From: Geosiphon pyriformis uo1 | Lineage: Eukaryota; Fungi; Glomeromycota | Length of the DNA: 64,000 nucleotides | NCBI GenBank assembly: GCA_016748015.1 | Contig: JAAOMT010000129.1 | Coordinates: forward strand, 558,001 to 622,000 | Reading direction: 5' to 3' | Shown: positions 14,214 through 29,246 of the stretch, piece by piece | How positions within the stretch are numbered: position 1 is the first letter of the stretch | How the letters are laid out: the number at the start of each line of letters is the position of its first letter | Program-made: the position numbers and the translations under genes | The notes under the pieces: generated by a model | Seen by the model: only the letters and a program-made list of their open reading frames with translations | Database searches by the model: none | Told to the model about the DNA's origin: nothing

Positions 14214-14219
14214 CTTTTA

Positions 14220-14866
14220 TGTTACAGGTTGGAGTAACAAGCTAACGGATAGCAAGGGAGAACAGGATTGTAGGGTAATAGAAATAATCAAAGAGAATTT
14301 AACTTCAATAAGCAAATTGAATGAGTATGAATTCAATGTGCGAAATCAGTCTCATAAAATATCTCAGTTGCTATTCTTTTCAAAAAGTAACAAGGGAATC
14401 TGAAGGTAGAGAGATAGTCTGTACTGTCAACAATTGATAACTACTGGTATAATTCTATGTCTCACATCAGCACTCTTAGAATTCAATATCAGATATCAAC
14501 TTGTGCTCTTCAGTCACATTTATTCAAATAATCTTTAAATACTGCAATTACACATTTCAGAAAAGTGCCAACAAGTAATCTTTTATTCAAAAGATGTTCA
14601 GATACTTGAAGGTAGAGAAAAGGAAATTAGCAATAAGAGAATGTTTGAGATAGAAGTTTGTTATTTTATTTCTTTGATTGTCTTGATTCCTTCATTGATA
14701 TTTTTTTACAGCTAAGAAACTCATCACTTATATATCTATTAAAAGTGGTCAATGACCAGATTAATGATCAGGTCAATGATCACTATTTAAAAATAGGGTG
14801 GCTAATTATATAACATCAGCTAATATATGTAATAACTAATAAAAACTATGAGTTTCAACCATAACA
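14220..14866 (-). repeat. 5' LTR of Gypsy A (647 bp)
   Basis: Direct repeat of 7170-7903 lacking seven 12-bp units and 3 nt. Confidence 0.95.
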
Positions 14867-17004
14867 ATATAATGTTTTTGTTAAAATTTTTATTAGTAAT
14901 TACTGCTATGTTAGTTTTTCAAAAAGAATTTCTGTTGTATTTTTACACTTTTAATTATGTCTTTTCTTGAGACTTATATAAAAATACTTTTTTTATCTTA
15001 TACTAATATTAGACATCTGTATTTCTTTACTTGTAGTAAAATAGTATTCTATTTCTAATAAATTCAAAGAAAATTAAAATAAAAAATAAAATTCAACAAA
15101 ATTAGTATTTGTAAAATAATTTTAATTAGAAATTATTTTCCAAAAATATAGAGAACTTATTCTGGTTTTTTAAGTTAACTGTTAATTTTGACCAAGATAT
15201 TATTATGAATAGTTTTTAGATAATTTTATGTAGTTAATATTCTTTTAATGTATTTTTAATTCTGTTAAGCTTGAGTCTTATTTATGTTTTTATTAGTGTA
15301 TTAAATGTTTTTACTATTGTTTTTATTAATAAAAAAGTAATAATAGAAGAGAATAGTGGCTTTTTTGATTATTTGTAAAAAACCAAATTATAAAAATAAA
15401 AGATTTTCAATTTTACTGATCTTAATGAAAGACATACTTTTTAGCTTTTCTTAGAATTATAATTTAATTCCTTCATTTTTTCTTTGTTTTTATTTTGTTT
15501 TATTAACTTTTTGTTCTTTATTATTTTTTTTCTTTGTCTGTTTTTTTTCTAGTTAAAAAATTATTGTATATATATATATTTCGAGTTATATATAATTATG
15601 CTTATTTTAACTAATTAGTAAGTAATTGCTAAACTATTGGGCTTTTTATTTAATTGTAAGTGCTTTTTGGCTTACTTGTTATAATTATATTAAATTGGAT
15701 ATATTTGTGCACATTTTGTATACTATTATGTATACATCATGTTTTCTAATTTATTTATTGATTTGTGTTATTTATACTGTTATTTAATAATTAATTAATA
15801 TATTATAATATTATTATTTTTGATTTTTGTTAATTTCTATTAGGTAATATTATTTTTTTCTTAAGATTAAGCTTTATTAAAATCAATGTGCATTTTTCTA
15901 ATGACAACATCTAACATAAAGATTTATATGCTTGTTTGGATTATTTATTTTTATAAGTTTTGGAATTTGTTATTAATAAGTTTTTTAATTTTATTAAGAA
16001 TAAATATGTTTATTTTGTTTATTAACAATACTTTTGAACAGTATTAAAACAGCATATAGGGTCAGTATGCTGTCTTAAAATAGTGCTTAAAGTTGTTTTT
16101 TCCAGTTAGTTTTTCGAACTTTTGGAGTTTTGTTTTGTCAATTTTTTTACTATTTTTCTTAGTGTAAATTGTTTAAAAGTCTAATTATGTAACTATTATA
16201 AAGTATATATAATAAAAAAAAGCAATTAAGTTCGTTTTTTTTTGGGTATTGTACTTCTTAGAAGCTGAAATTTTCTATGATTTTATTAATTAATATGGCA
16301 ATGTTTTTTTGTTTTTTATAGTAAGAATTAAAATAATTTGTGCTTAGCTCATTTTCTTATATGACTGAATTTTTTTTTATATGATATTTTAGAATTATTA
16401 AGAATAATTTTTAATGAAAAATTATTTTTTTGTAGTAGTCAAAATAAAAATTAAAAAATATTTATGACATTTTTAAATATATTTATAATAAAATAAATAA
16501 TAAATAAATACTAAAATAAATTATTTTTATATATTAAACTTGAAAAAATTTTTTAATAATTTGATGTTTCTGATTTTTTAACTATTTTTTTAATTTTTTT
16601 TTAAATATTAATGATGATAATCTAAATGTGGTTAATTAAATTAATTGTTTCTTAAGTAATGTTTAATAATTATTATTGGCTTCAAGTCTTATGAAATTTG
16701 GTTAAAAGATACAATTAGTATATGTATTTCTAATTTAAGCATTAACAAATTAAATAATTGTTGTTAATAATAAATTTTTAATTGGTTATTATGTACAACT
16801 TTCTTCAAAATTTTATTGCCTAAATGTAACTTATATGCTCTATTACTTAAAACATAATGGACATAAAAGAGTTTGTTTTATTTGTTATTAAATTTTCTAC
16901 TCTATTGTTTTTTTGTTTTTGTTCAATATAATAAAACTTTGTTTTCTATTTTATAAATAATAAATTATTCTGAGAGTTTGCTATTATGTTAAATTTTTTG
17001 TTGT

Positions 17005-17836
17005 TATTACTTATAGAAATTAAGAATTATAATAATAAATAAAATAGCCAATTAGAAATAGATATAATAAAAAGAGGAATTCCAAAATTCTAGAATTTTT
17101 TTTAAGGAATTGCAGAATTTTAGAATTCCAGAATTTTTTTCAAAGAAATTGAAAAATTTCAAAAAATTTCATATAATATAAATTATATATATATATATTA
17201 AAAGTGTTAAAAATAAAAAAATAAGAAAAATTCAGTTCAGAACACAATATTTTTTTCTTCAAAAGATAGTTTTCTATAACTTGAAGTGAAATCACATCAA
17301 TATTAATAAAATTATTCATTATTATTCAATTCATATTATTATTACTTGATTAAAAAAATATTAATTACTTCTACACTATCAACACTTTATGTTGATAAAA
17401 TTTAATACTTAACTATATTGGAATAATAGTTCTTAATTATAATTATTGATAGAATACTAATTTTTTATTTTTATTTTTTATTTTTTTTTATTTTTTTTAT
17501 TTTTTTTTGTTTTATTTTTTTGTTGTTTATTAATTATTAAAAAAACAAATATTGAGTATTTGACATTAAGGATAGCTTAATAAAAAACCTAAAAACAAAA
17601 GTAGAAATTTAAAAATAATTTACTAGAAGAACATGCCTGTCAGAATAAATTAGCCACTATATTAAAAAAAAAATTCACAGAAAAAACCATCAATTGAATC
17701 TCTGTTTATTATACAAAAGACTTAACCAAAATTTTTAGACTTTAAAACCTTTAGAAATTACCAATATTACAAATTATTAAGCACCAAGTTACAGATTTGT
17801 TATTTGCTCTAACATCCTAAATAATAACCTGTAACA
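17005..17836 (+). mobile_element. Decayed solo LTR related to the Gypsy B LTR
   Basis: TATTACTTATAGAAAT...CCTGTAACA matches the B LTR termini. Retains the GGAATTCCA array, ACTATCAAC..ATGTTGATA and GCACCAAGTTAC blocks. Flanks TTGT/TTAT are a TSD with G>A. Confidence 0.85.
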
Positions 17837-17840
17837 TTAT

Positions 17841-18144
17841 TAAAGTAATTTACAAACAAAATTTTTGTAAAAGAGTTGACTTTTATAGCAAAATAACTAC
17901 ATCTTTTTAGTAAGCTTTTAGATAAATATTTCTTAAAAAAGAGTTAATTTTTATTGCAAAGTAACTATATTATTAACTGGTATAAAATTGGTTATTCTAC
18001 TTATAAGTTCAACAGTTCAAATTATAGATGATAATTTAAAGATAAATTTAGTTATTAGAAGTTTATTAGCTTCAAATAATTAAGAATTAACAGCAAAGCA
18101 TCAATAACAATAGTCATAAAAAAAACCAAAAACCTTTAATAATA
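17841..18144. repeat. Fragment related to the ~976-bp solo-LTR family C
   Basis: Matches 20015-20339, including the duplicated AAAGTTGACTTTTATAGCAAAATAACTAC unit; left end not found. Confidence 0.6.
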
Positions 18145-19363
18145 GTATATATAACAAATAGCTTTAAAAATATTATGTATAAATTACTAGATATTATTAC
18201 ACATTATTTTTCTTAAATATAAACAAAAAGTATCAAACCAAAATAAGAAGTAATATTAGCCAGTTTATTAGTTTTCTTATTATCTAAAATATATAAATAG
18301 TTTTTAATTTTAGATCAAAAAATAATAAAATTTTTATACTTAATATAATTTATAATATTATGTCTTTTAAATCAGCATCAGAAAGAATTAAAAACCACTA
18401 ATTAATAATTATACAACATAATAAAAGATAATATCATACAAATAATTAAATATCAAAATAAATTAATATAAAACTGGATTCTTAGAATCAAGTTTTTTTT
18501 AATAATAAAAACTTTCTTAATTAAAAATTAACTTTTTTTTAATATAAAGCTGTTTAATAAAAACAATACCAAATTTTCTAAATAAATAAAAAACAGAATA
18601 GAAAATTGACTTTTTTAAAACAAAAAACATTAAAGTGCAATCAAAAAGACAAAATACAAAAAACAAATTATTAACAAAAAAAATATTATATTCTAAAAAA
18701 ATCTTTACAACATTAGCCAAAAAATTATTTATTAAACTAATTTTTAACTTTATAAGCTATTGTAGTAAATAATTAAAAAACCAATATAATACTTGTAAAT
18801 TCAAATATTTATAATTAAATAAATAATTAAAAATGCTATTAGTATTAGAAAAATACAATATTATAGCCACTTTATTTTCAGCTTGTACTTGTTTAAATGT
18901 TTTTAAATTATATAAAAACAGATAATAAATAGTCTTACCAGAAAAATTTCTTGGCAAACCAGCTTTTATCTTTAAACTTTTTTTAATTAATATATCTTAA
19001 TTGTTATATATACTTTTAAAAACAAAATTAAACTAGATTTTATAATTAATAATAAGCTATAACACAACTAAAACTAAGTAAAAAAATTGCTTGTTTGAAA
19101 TAATTTTCTTTTAAACCAAATTAGCAAAAAATTTTACATTAAAATATATTTTTGTTAAACTAAATTTGAACAAATTTTTTAAAGACAAAAAAAATTTCAA
19201 GTATTTATAAAATTCACTTTTTCTTGCAATAAAAATTGGCAAGCTATTTATTAATAATAAAGTATTTCTAATTTTCTGATTAATAAAAATGGTTATTGTT
19301 TTTATATTGTTAATTAAAATGTTATTAATATTAAAAAATTTACTAGTACTATTTAGTTTATGT

Positions 19364-20339
19364 TACTACTAACTAAAATTTAAAATATTAATTAGCATAA
19401 AATTATTTCTATAATTTTTATTATTAACTAGTATATATTATTGTTTTAATTTATTACTTATTATCTTATCAAATTATCTAAATTATTATTCAATTAATAA
19501 CTTAATTTGTACAAAACACAAATTTAATCAAATTATAATAATTAAATTATATAATATATTAAACTATATAATATTTAAAATTTGCCAAAATATTTAGTAA
19601 TTTGATAAAATATTTAACAGTTTACTAAAATAATTTATAGTTTGTAAAAATAACTTGTAGTTTGACAAAATATATCTTTAGTTTGCCAAAATATTAAAAA
19701 AAAAAGTGTTAGATTATAAAATATATATTGTATAAATAATGAGTTTTTTTTTAAAAAAAAATATATCTTAGTAAAAATTAATCTTTTATTAAATATCTTC
19801 TTTACAAATTAATTTAAATAAAACTTATTTGAAAAACATAAATATTTTAATTATTTTTGTTTTGAAATTAACCATTTTATATTAATATTTTAAAATTGAT
19901 TAATTATTAATTTTTGTAATTGTTAGTAACTTTCAAGTCTGTATCCAAAACAATTTTCTTAACATATTTCTTATTTTTTTTCTTTTAATTATTTTTTTTG
20001 TTATTTTTCTTTTATATTATTGAGTAGTTTACAGTCAAAATTTTTTGTAGAAAAGTTAATTTTTACAGCAAAATAACTATACATATTATTAAAGAGCTTA
20101 CAAATAAATTTTTTTTGTAAAAAAGTTAACTTTTATTATAAAATAACTACATAAGTAATTGACATAAAATTGGTCATTTTATAATAAACATAATAGTATA
20201 TATAATCTAAAATATAAAAAGATATTTTAAAAAAAAAATTAACTTATTAAAAATTTATTGACTTCTATTAACAACAGAATTAACAACAAAAGTAGTATTA
20301 ACAACATTAAAAAAAAGGCAAAAAAAATATTTAATAACA
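19364..20339. mobile_element. Solo LTR family C, copy 1 (976 bp)
   Basis: Ends TACTACTA...TAATAACA; flanks ATGT/ATGC are a 4-bp TSD. The host LINE frame rejoins when it is excised. Confidence 0.75.
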
Positions 20340-22421
20340 ATGCTAAATAACAATCTAATTATTATTTACCTAAATTGTATTATTAATAAAAGCACTAATC
20401 ATAAATAAAAAGTTAATTTAGTTTAGCTTTTAACTTTGTTAGTTTGGCAAGAAACTTAGTGTCAATATAATATTTATACAAATTTTTATATTATTTTACT
20501 TTATACTAAAGTAGATTATAAAAAATTCTCTAGAACAATTAAAAGAAAATTTTATTTTAATCTAAATTATTATGCACTCAATATTTATTAGTCAGTCCAA
20601 AATCTGTTATAATCTAAATAATTCTGTTATTGTAAATATTACTAAAAAATCTTATAAAATACTTACACATTTTTACTTAAACTAAATTATTTCTTAAATA
20701 ATACTAATTAACAAAGTTATAAGTTTTCTGTATATTTTATAAAATCAAAATTTATAATCTTTTTTTAATATATTTTTTATCATTAAGTTTACTGTAAAAA
20801 TCAAAGATTAAGTATTAGTGTTTTTTAAAACAGAAAAATTGTCATTATAAAAAACATTATATTTATTATAAATTAAAAAAATTCTATTTGAAAAAGAATT
20901 TTTTAACCAGTTTTAATTAATATAATAGGTTTAGTATTAGTTAAAACTCTTTTTTACTTATATAATTTAAAAATTATTGATATTTAAGATTTTTTTTAAA
21001 GTTAAAAAATTATTTATATATTAAACAAACTAACAGCTTTTTTATTAGACAAATTTTTAATTATATTTAACATTTCAATATACTTAATAACATTTATAAC
21101 AATAAAAAAAACATTATTATTAATATAAGCTAAAAGTATATATTAATAATATTACAAACTAAAAACATTATTTAACAATAATTTTTTTATTGTTTAGCTT
21201 TTTATTATTTTATCAATTTTTATTTTAACATTATTAAAATCCAGAACCAGCTTTTTCTTAACAACTAGATAATTCAAAAGTATTTTTTAAAATAATACTT
21301 TAAAATACTTTTGATAATATAGTTTTTATTAACAGCAAAGCTTTCTATTTATTTAATAATAATAAATTTAATTTTTAATTCCTTAGTTCTAAAAAACTTA
21401 ACAAGTTTAAAAATGTAATAAACTTTTTTTTCCAAATAAAATAAATTTTATTTTATTAAAATTAGCACCAAAATTTAACAATACTTAAATATTTAAAATA
21501 TTATAATTGTTTATAAATATCTAACAATTCATAAGAGAAACAAATTTATTATTAAGCTCTATTTACAAAAATTTGACAATTTTAAATATTAAAATTTCTA
21601 ACTTATAAAACCTAAAAGAGTTTTTGGTAAAAACAACATCAAATTTTTTGAACTATTTTTTGTAAACATCTTATTAATCATAAAACAGACTATTTTTTGA
21701 ATAATAATTTATATTTCATTTAGATTTAAAGCCTTTTTAAAAATATTGAACTTCTTGGAACACATAGTTATATTAGCTAATATAATATTGTTAGATTGGT
21801 TTTATTTAACATTATTAATATTTATAAAATTAAATTTTTAACAATTTTTATTAGCTTATTTGTAAAATAAAATTTAATTGTATATTTAACAATTCTACTA
21901 AACTTACAAAAACAAAAACAGTTTAATAATTAGTATTAAAATATTTCTCAACATTCAAAATTTTATGGTCTATTATTATATTAACTAGACTTAAAGAAAT
22001 AAATACATAATTAATTTTTACATATTTGAAATTTTTTTATATAAGAGTCTTAATTATTAAACTTTTTATTAAAAAATTTACCAAATTCAAATCAAAATAT
22101 TTTTTAAAATTAGCACATTTATAAGATTTGTTTTTATTAAAGTCACTATATATGATCACAAAAAATGATTTATTAATAGCTTTTATAATTAAAAAATTAA
22201 TTTTATTAGCTTAAATAATATATATTATTAAAATAATACCAGTATATAGTTTCAAAATTAATACAAAATACTTATTTTTAAAAGATAACTTAATAGATAA
22301 AAGCTAATTAGCAATCTTAAAAATTTTGTATAAATATTTTTGATTAAAGCATTGTTCATAATAACTATAATACCAAAATCCAAATATTTAAAGTTCAAAT
22401 TGGAAGTAAAAACTTGAATAC

Positions 22422-23398
22422 TATTACTAAATATTTTTTTTATCTTTTTTTTAATGTTGTTAATATTATTTTTCTGTTAATTTTGCTATTAATAAAAGTT
22501 AGTAAATTTCTAATAAGCTACTTTTTCTTTTAAAGTATTTTTCTATACTTTGAATTATATATATTGTTAGGCTTATAATAGAATAACCAATTCTATATTA
22601 ATTATTTATATAATTACTTTGTAATAAAAATCAATTTTTTTACAGAAAAATTTCGTTTGTAAGCTTTTCAAAAATGTGTGTAGTTATTTTGCTATAAAAA
22701 TCAACTTTTTTACAGAAAATTTTGACTATAAATTACTTAATAATATAAAAATAAAATAAAATAAAATAAAATAAAAATGCTTTAGGAAGTTGTTTTAAAT
22801 TTAGGTCTAAAAATTGCCAATAATTACTTAAATTAATAGCTAATTAATTTCAAAATATTAATATAAAATAATTAACTTTGAAACAAAAATAATTAAAGAA
22901 TTTATGTTTTTTAAAATAAGTTTTATTGAAGTTAATTTATATAGAAAATAATTTTAACTAAAATATCTACAAGAAAATACTGGTTAAGATATATTTTTTC
23001 AAAGAAAAAACTTTTCTTTTATACAATTTGTTGTAGTATTGTTCTATAATCAAGTATTTTTTTTTTAATATTTTAGTAAACTAAAAATATATTTTATTAA
23101 ATTACAAATTATTTCTGTAAACTATAGATTATTTTGGTAAACTGTTAAATATTTTGTCAAATTACTAAATATTTTAGTGAATTCTAAATGTTATATAGTT
23201 TAGTGTATTGTATGATTTAATTATTACAAGTTGATTATATTTGTGTTTTATATAAATTAGGTTATTAATTAAATAATAATTCGAATAATTTGATAAGATA
23301 ATAAGTAATAAATTAAAATAATAATATATGTTAGTTAATAATAAAAATTCTAAAAATAATTTTATGCTAATTAATATTTCAAATTTCGGCTGGTAATA
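22422..23398. mobile_element. Solo LTR family C, copy 2 (977 bp, inverted relative to copy 1)
   Basis: Reverse complement of 19364-20339; flanks ATAC/ATAT. Splits the LINE APE between KFDN and IQVFTS. Confidence 0.75.
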
Positions 23399-24574
23399 AT
23401 ATTATCAAATTTGTTAACAATCTATAAATACATTTTACCTTTTAATTTAGTCTCAATAATAATAAAAATCAAATTGTCTATATTTTTGTGTCAACAAATA
23501 ATATTTTTTTGCTTTAATAAATTATTCATATCATGAATATTACATATAGCTATTTTTCAAATAAAACTGGTTATTAAAAAATTACAAAATTTGAGAGACT
23601 ATTACCAAAAACCAAAAGATTTAATTAAGCTAAAACTGTATAAACAAAACCATTTAAAGTTAACAATTTAGATTTTAAATTACTAATCCTGGTTGCAAAA
23701 ACTTTGTTACTGTTGAAAGATAATTAAAAACCAAAACCAATTAAGCCAACAGAAAAGAGAAACAAGTTTATAATATTTATATTAAATCTTATTATATTAT
23801 TATTAAAAACATTCAACAAAAATTAAAAATAAAAAACAAATAATACAAAAACTTTAACCAAAATATCTAATTAAAACCAAAAAAAATACAGATTATTAAA
23901 ACTTTATAAATCTTAATTAATCTTTAATTTAAATATTTAATTAGTATTATTTATAAAAAAAAACAGAAAAAAACAAAAAACAAAAATATAATATAATTAA
24001 CCAATAATATAGTATAGATTATCAGAACATATAATATTAAAAATTCTAATAATAACTTAAAAAAAATATAGAAATTATTAAAGATTTCAGAAATTTTGTA
24101 TTATAAAAATTTATGTATATACAATAATAACTGTAAAAACAAAAAAAACCAAGTTTAATTTTATTTTAATAAATAACTATAATAGTTAATAATTTATACC
24201 TGAAGTAAATATTTATTTAAAATAAATTCATTATTTGAATTATTTATATATTTGATTTTTATAAATCAATATTATCTTTTTAAAATCCAATTTTTTATAT
24301 TAATATTAATAATATTAATACAATATTATTAAAAATATAGAAATAATAACTCTTAATTATAATTATTAATAAAATATTAATTTTTTATTTTTGTAATTTT
24401 ATTTTTTTGGATTTGTTTTATGTTTACTAATTTTTTTATTATTAACAGATTCCATGAATGCAGCCCAACCACTGCCTAGATACATAAAATCAAATGAAAT
24501 TCTAAACTAAGTGTGGCTCATGTATTTTCTACACGTGATTAGACACTTGGTCCAGCCAAAGCAGCACTATGCAC

Positions 24575-27500
24575 TTACAGAATCCAAAAAAAAAGATTGC
24601 ACATGAAACCAAAACCCAAACCAGTGAGATGTGAACATAAACCAAAATGCATATGAATGCCTAACCTAATACTGAGCTCACAGATGATGCCAGCAGCCCA
24701 AAAGCTCGACAAACCAGCTACTGACAGTATAGCAAATTCATCGCATGGTAAAAGATGGCGCTTTTCATAGAAGGCTCTCAATTTGGCCGCAGGTAACTAA
24801 ATGTTAGACCTATGACCCATGGCAAGATCGTGAACCAATTTAACAATTAGACGGTTGTTAGAAGCAGATCAAAGACACAGTACAGCATCAGCTGCCCAAC
24901 TTTTTAACACAAACCTCTTGACTAACAACATATACAAATTACTAGATAATCCAGCCTTACTTAAATCATGTGTAACTCTACTACCCGCAACATGATCACC
25001 AGCCAGCATGCACCACTTCTTTTTAATGGACAATAAAATATTTTTTCTGGCATTGTTGTCATGCATACATACAAACAGATGATCAGAGTCTTTGACCATT
25101 TCACATCTAATGCACATCACGCTAGGATACCAAGAATTATATAACCTCTTTCTTATGGCAACCGGCAGGCAATGATGTAGAGATTTCATGAAGTATGAAT
25201 GCAGAGAAGCCGAAGATGAACTGGTATAGCTGGAGTAAATCCCACCATCAAGGTGTCAAACACTGAAAGACTTGGGTGTGTCGATGTTTTCTATAACACT
25301 AATATCAACAACATTAGCGCCATACCTGGAGTTCTAACTAATGAAATTCACTGCGTCGAACAAATTCTTTATAAAATGATGTGCATTCCCAGACATAGGC
25401 CTGTTTTTAACACAAAAGAAGCAATAAGGCACTTTTAGAGGCAGTATAATCTCAGAAAAAGTTGTCACATTAGCAAAAAAATCAGCATGTTCATTTTTCA
25501 TAATGCCAGAATGTCCTTTGATCTTATTCCATGTGACCAACAGATTTTTTTCTGAGATAACTTGATGAATGTGCTCTCTTTCGATCCAGCATTTGTAGCA
25601 AAAATCAGGACCAGACAGGCCCATATCAAACTTACATATATCCAGCAAAGCCTGACTATCTGTGAACAATATAACTGAGCTAGAAACAGGTACACACTCT
25701 AGTACCAAAGCAATGGTCTGCAGTTCCACTAGTGTTGAAGAAAGTAAGCTGAGAACTTTCACATTGATGCTTGTGTTGGCTTCAGGAAAATAAGCAGCAG
25801 CACCACCACAGGCACCAATAGATCCCAAATCTCTGACAAATCCATTAGTATAGACTTCAACTGAGTGATGCTTAAAGACCAGCAAATGCCCAGAAATGAA
25901 ACCAATGTCACAAGCAAATTTGGTGAGAGCAGGACAGAACACTGCATGTATGCTGTTGTTCAAACCACCATTTTTGATAAAATTAATAACCAAAACAAAC
26001 CAGAAAGAGATCGGATCTCTGAAGTCGAGTTTTTTCCACTTGTGAAAAGTATTCCAAGTGAAGCATACGCCACGACAATCTAAAAGTTGGTTGGCAAAAA
26101 TGAGGCCATATCTCCTAAGGGAATATCTCACACCCAAATAACTATTTAGGCCCAGCACATCCAAGATGGACACACCAGTTCCAGCCTTGAAAACTTTAAG
26201 GAAGACATTGCCTAGGAAAGTTTTGCACTCAGCAAAAACACATGTGGCACCAGCCAAAAAACAATTCAAAAAATTGATAAGTAACATGACTGAAAAACAT
26301 AGTGGGTGCCAAGGCATCCAGCTAGCAGCCTACAAGTCCATTACTCTGTGTTCGAAGAATCTACCAAGAATTCCGCCCATATTACTAAAACTGACTAGGT
26401 TAGCCATCATATTTTTAGAAAGCACTTGTTCAAAAGGCTTCAGGCCATACAACTCAAGATGATTCAAAGCCACACTAGGAAAGTTTCTAGGCAGATTTAC
26501 CTTGATTTTAAGCTCTTTTCTTAATGATTTGTCCCATTTCTCACAAACACTCTTAGAGGCAAAGCTAAATTGAAGTTTGTAACAAATAATAGGCTATAAA
26601 ATAGCAGAGACCAAGTACAAAAACTGCTTTTCAGTAATGGTTTTTCTCAGGATAACATTCGAAAAAAATCTAACATCAATATGAGCTTTGGCTAGACTAG
26701 GCTTGGATAAGCTCTCAGTTGATAAAAATATCCCCAAATACTAATGAGATTCGCCTTTTTTAGCCACTATAATCTTTGACCTGCTAATAGACAGTTCAGT
26801 CTTTTTAGCATCTTAGTTGATAGGAATGGCAACAGTTTTTTCAGTATTATCAAAATGTTATTGACAGAAAAAAACTCACTGGCTATGTCCAATATGTTCT
26901 GCGTTGCTATTAAGCAATTACCAATCCATATGGTGTCATTAACAAAAGCACCTGCAGCAAAAAATAAGATCTTGTTATTACTCAGGTCAGACTTGCCAAA
27001 CTTAGTATAAAATTGGGAACATACACAATAGCCATACAATTGTTCATGTTTTTTGACTTCACAAAGCAAAGGGTCATAAAAAATATGCCACAGTAGCGGT
27101 GAAAATACTTCCCCTTGATCTAGACTATTATGCACAACATAACCATCAGACAGACCAAAATCTGTTATAATCTGATTGAATCTACTATTGTGTATGCTGT
27201 TGAAGAAACTTATGAAGCAGAAACACATTTTGATCCTGACCAAACTATTTAGCAAATAAGATCATTTAACAGAATCATAGACTTTGCACATATCTTGAAG
27301 AACCAGCCATAGCTCTCTGTTCTTTTCTAAAGCATCTTCAACTATTGAGCCAACAACAAATATGGGGGATTGTATGGAAGTGCCCTTCAGTACCAAAAAA
27401 TTGTCACCATGTAAAACGTTGAATCTGCTACAAGTCAGAGAGATCCTGTTTGAGAGTATCTTAGAGAGGATTTTTTAAGCAGTTTCAATCAGTGCTATCA

Positions 27501-29246
27501 GTCTGGTATTAGTAAAAGTACTTTCCCAATCATAGGGTTTAAGAATCATGGAAACCCAGAATCTCTTCCATTGTGTAGGAACCCTTTTAAACCTCAGACA
27601 TTTATTGAAGATGCTCAAAAAACCATTGAGAACCAAAGAATCACTGTGCTTTCAAAGTTCATTGGGAATACCAGAAATCCCAGCAGTCTTGCCATCCGGC
27701 AAGTCTCTAACAACTTGCAAAAGCTCATCCATGCTAATACTGCCCATTACCCCTGAAAATGTATCATTATCAATGTAATCTAGTAGAGCATATTGATCAG
27801 CCCAACATCTAGCTAGAGCACCAAAGACAAGGCATTTCTTCATCCAACCTTCTATTATCATATCGACTGAAGACTTGACTGCCAGAAGCTCCAATATGAG
27901 TTCATCATCAACAATCAAATGATCAAAGACCACCTTTCTAAAAAGCCAATTCAGAATGCTCCTAATCATATGCCCCTTGTTTAAACAAAAATTTTCCATG
28001 CATTTTGACATGACATCTCTAATAGAATCATCTCTGGCAACTCTAGATTCATGATACTTGGATCAGCAGTAGTCTTTCTTGACAACTGATATGTGCCATA
28101 AAATGACATCTACTTGGGAACCACTATCAATCAAACCACGAACCATGGACACCTCCTTTCCATTAATGTTCATCCAAACACCAACCAAGTAGTCTGTCTT
28201 TGAGCTCAAATTTGAATTCAAACTTTTGACAATTTTGGACAATAACAGCTCCAGCCTGTAAAACTTAGAAGATAACTTGTTTTTCACACACTCAAACTCA
28301 CTAAACCAGAGTCTAGAGAAAATTTCATCAGCAGAATCAATTACCACCCCTTTAAAAATATCCCACATTGCATCCAAATCTCCATCATGATTCATGGCAT
28401 GAAAATCGACTTCCTTGAAAACTTGTCAGAAAAACACTTCCTGAAACACTCTCACCCTTTGACATCTACGCCTTTCAGTTTAAATTTCCAATGATTCTTG
28501 TTAGCTAATTTATGCAGACTTTTCAATCAAACATCCAAAAGGCCACCCAAGTCTACCAATACTGAAATAACTCTATGGTCAATATCAAAGAAATCAGACA
28601 CAGAGTCAACCCTATGATTGACCACAGCTAAAATCAGGCTTCCACTAATTAGGACATAATCAATTACTTTTTCAATACCTTTCGAGTTGCTCCACGTAGA
28701 AGCACCAGCTAAAAGATGTTCATTAAAGAGATTGAATAAACTCAGATTCAAACAAAATCCATAACTTGCACTCTTTTTAGATCTGCTCTTATTGAAGTCA
28801 CCACCCAGAACAGTAAAACTGCAGGAATTAACTACTCAGGCTATGAAAAAATTAATACCAGATGTCTGGCCAAACTGGTCACTCGAAGAAGCGCAAGCAT
28901 ATAAATCAACAATTGACACTAAGACCTTGCCTTTGAAAAGAAGATGAACTGAAACAATGTGACTGGGAATTTCCTCCACCCTGAAAACATGACGAGCAAG
29001 AGAATTGTTCATGATTATTGCCACCCCAGCCCCAAGATGTCTTTCCTCTAGACCAGATGTGAAAACACACACACCCTTAAATCTGTTTATTATTCATGGC
29101 TTAGCACTAGGCTTTAGTTTTGTCTCAGTAACTATAGACACCATATTACCTGATTCTTTGTGCCAATGAACAACATTTTCTTGCTTGGCAGGAATGTTGA
29201 GACCCCAAACATTACACATGGCAAACTTCTATACTAGCTTAGTCAT
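24575..29246 (-). pseudogene. LINE ORF2: AP endonuclease, RT, RNase H, C-terminal Zn knuckle
   Basis: CNVWGLN/TETKL/GVAII/LGGDFN/IDYVL (APE); LQDMCK, DQGEVFSPLLW, AFVNDT (RT); VYTNG, LVELQ, FTDSQA, KIKGHSG..NEHAD (RNase H); CIRC...DHLFVC. Stops and two frameshifts. Confidence 0.92.

Larger units (their letters stand above)
7170..14866 (-). mobile_element. Full-length Ty3/Gypsy LTR retrotransposon A (inactivated)
   Basis: Direct LTRs with TGTTA...TAACA ends, 4-bp TSD ATAT (7166-7169 / 14867-14870), PBS, PPT. Gag with CCHC-like knuckle, protease (LILNSGS), RT (VYLDD), RNase H and integrase, all with premature stops. Confidence 0.95.
18145..23950 (-). mobile_element. Old LINE relic (ORF1 end plus ORF2), interrupted by two solo LTRs
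   Basis: Minus strand reads KIAICNIHDMNN...IIETKLK (APE, ~23450-23570), IQVFTSNL (~22400), AFINNTI* (=AFVDDTIW, 20370-20393) and AGLPRNF...YNLKTFKQVQ (~18900). Collinear with LINE 24575-29246 once the LTRs are removed. Confidence 0.8.

Noticed and set aside
14871-17000. Identity of the AT-rich segment right of Gypsy A
   Set aside because: Probably another decayed element, but I could not recover any diagnostic motif.
19364-23398. CACTA/foldback DNA transposon with ~1-kb TIRs
   Set aside because: The interior is collinear LINE ORF2, and each arm has its own 4-bp TSD and TG..CA-derived ends, so these are two independent insertions.
24532-24537. CACGTG as Pho4-type sites regulating PHO81
   Set aside because: They are part of the LINE 3'UTR motif, more than 20 kb downstream of the gene.
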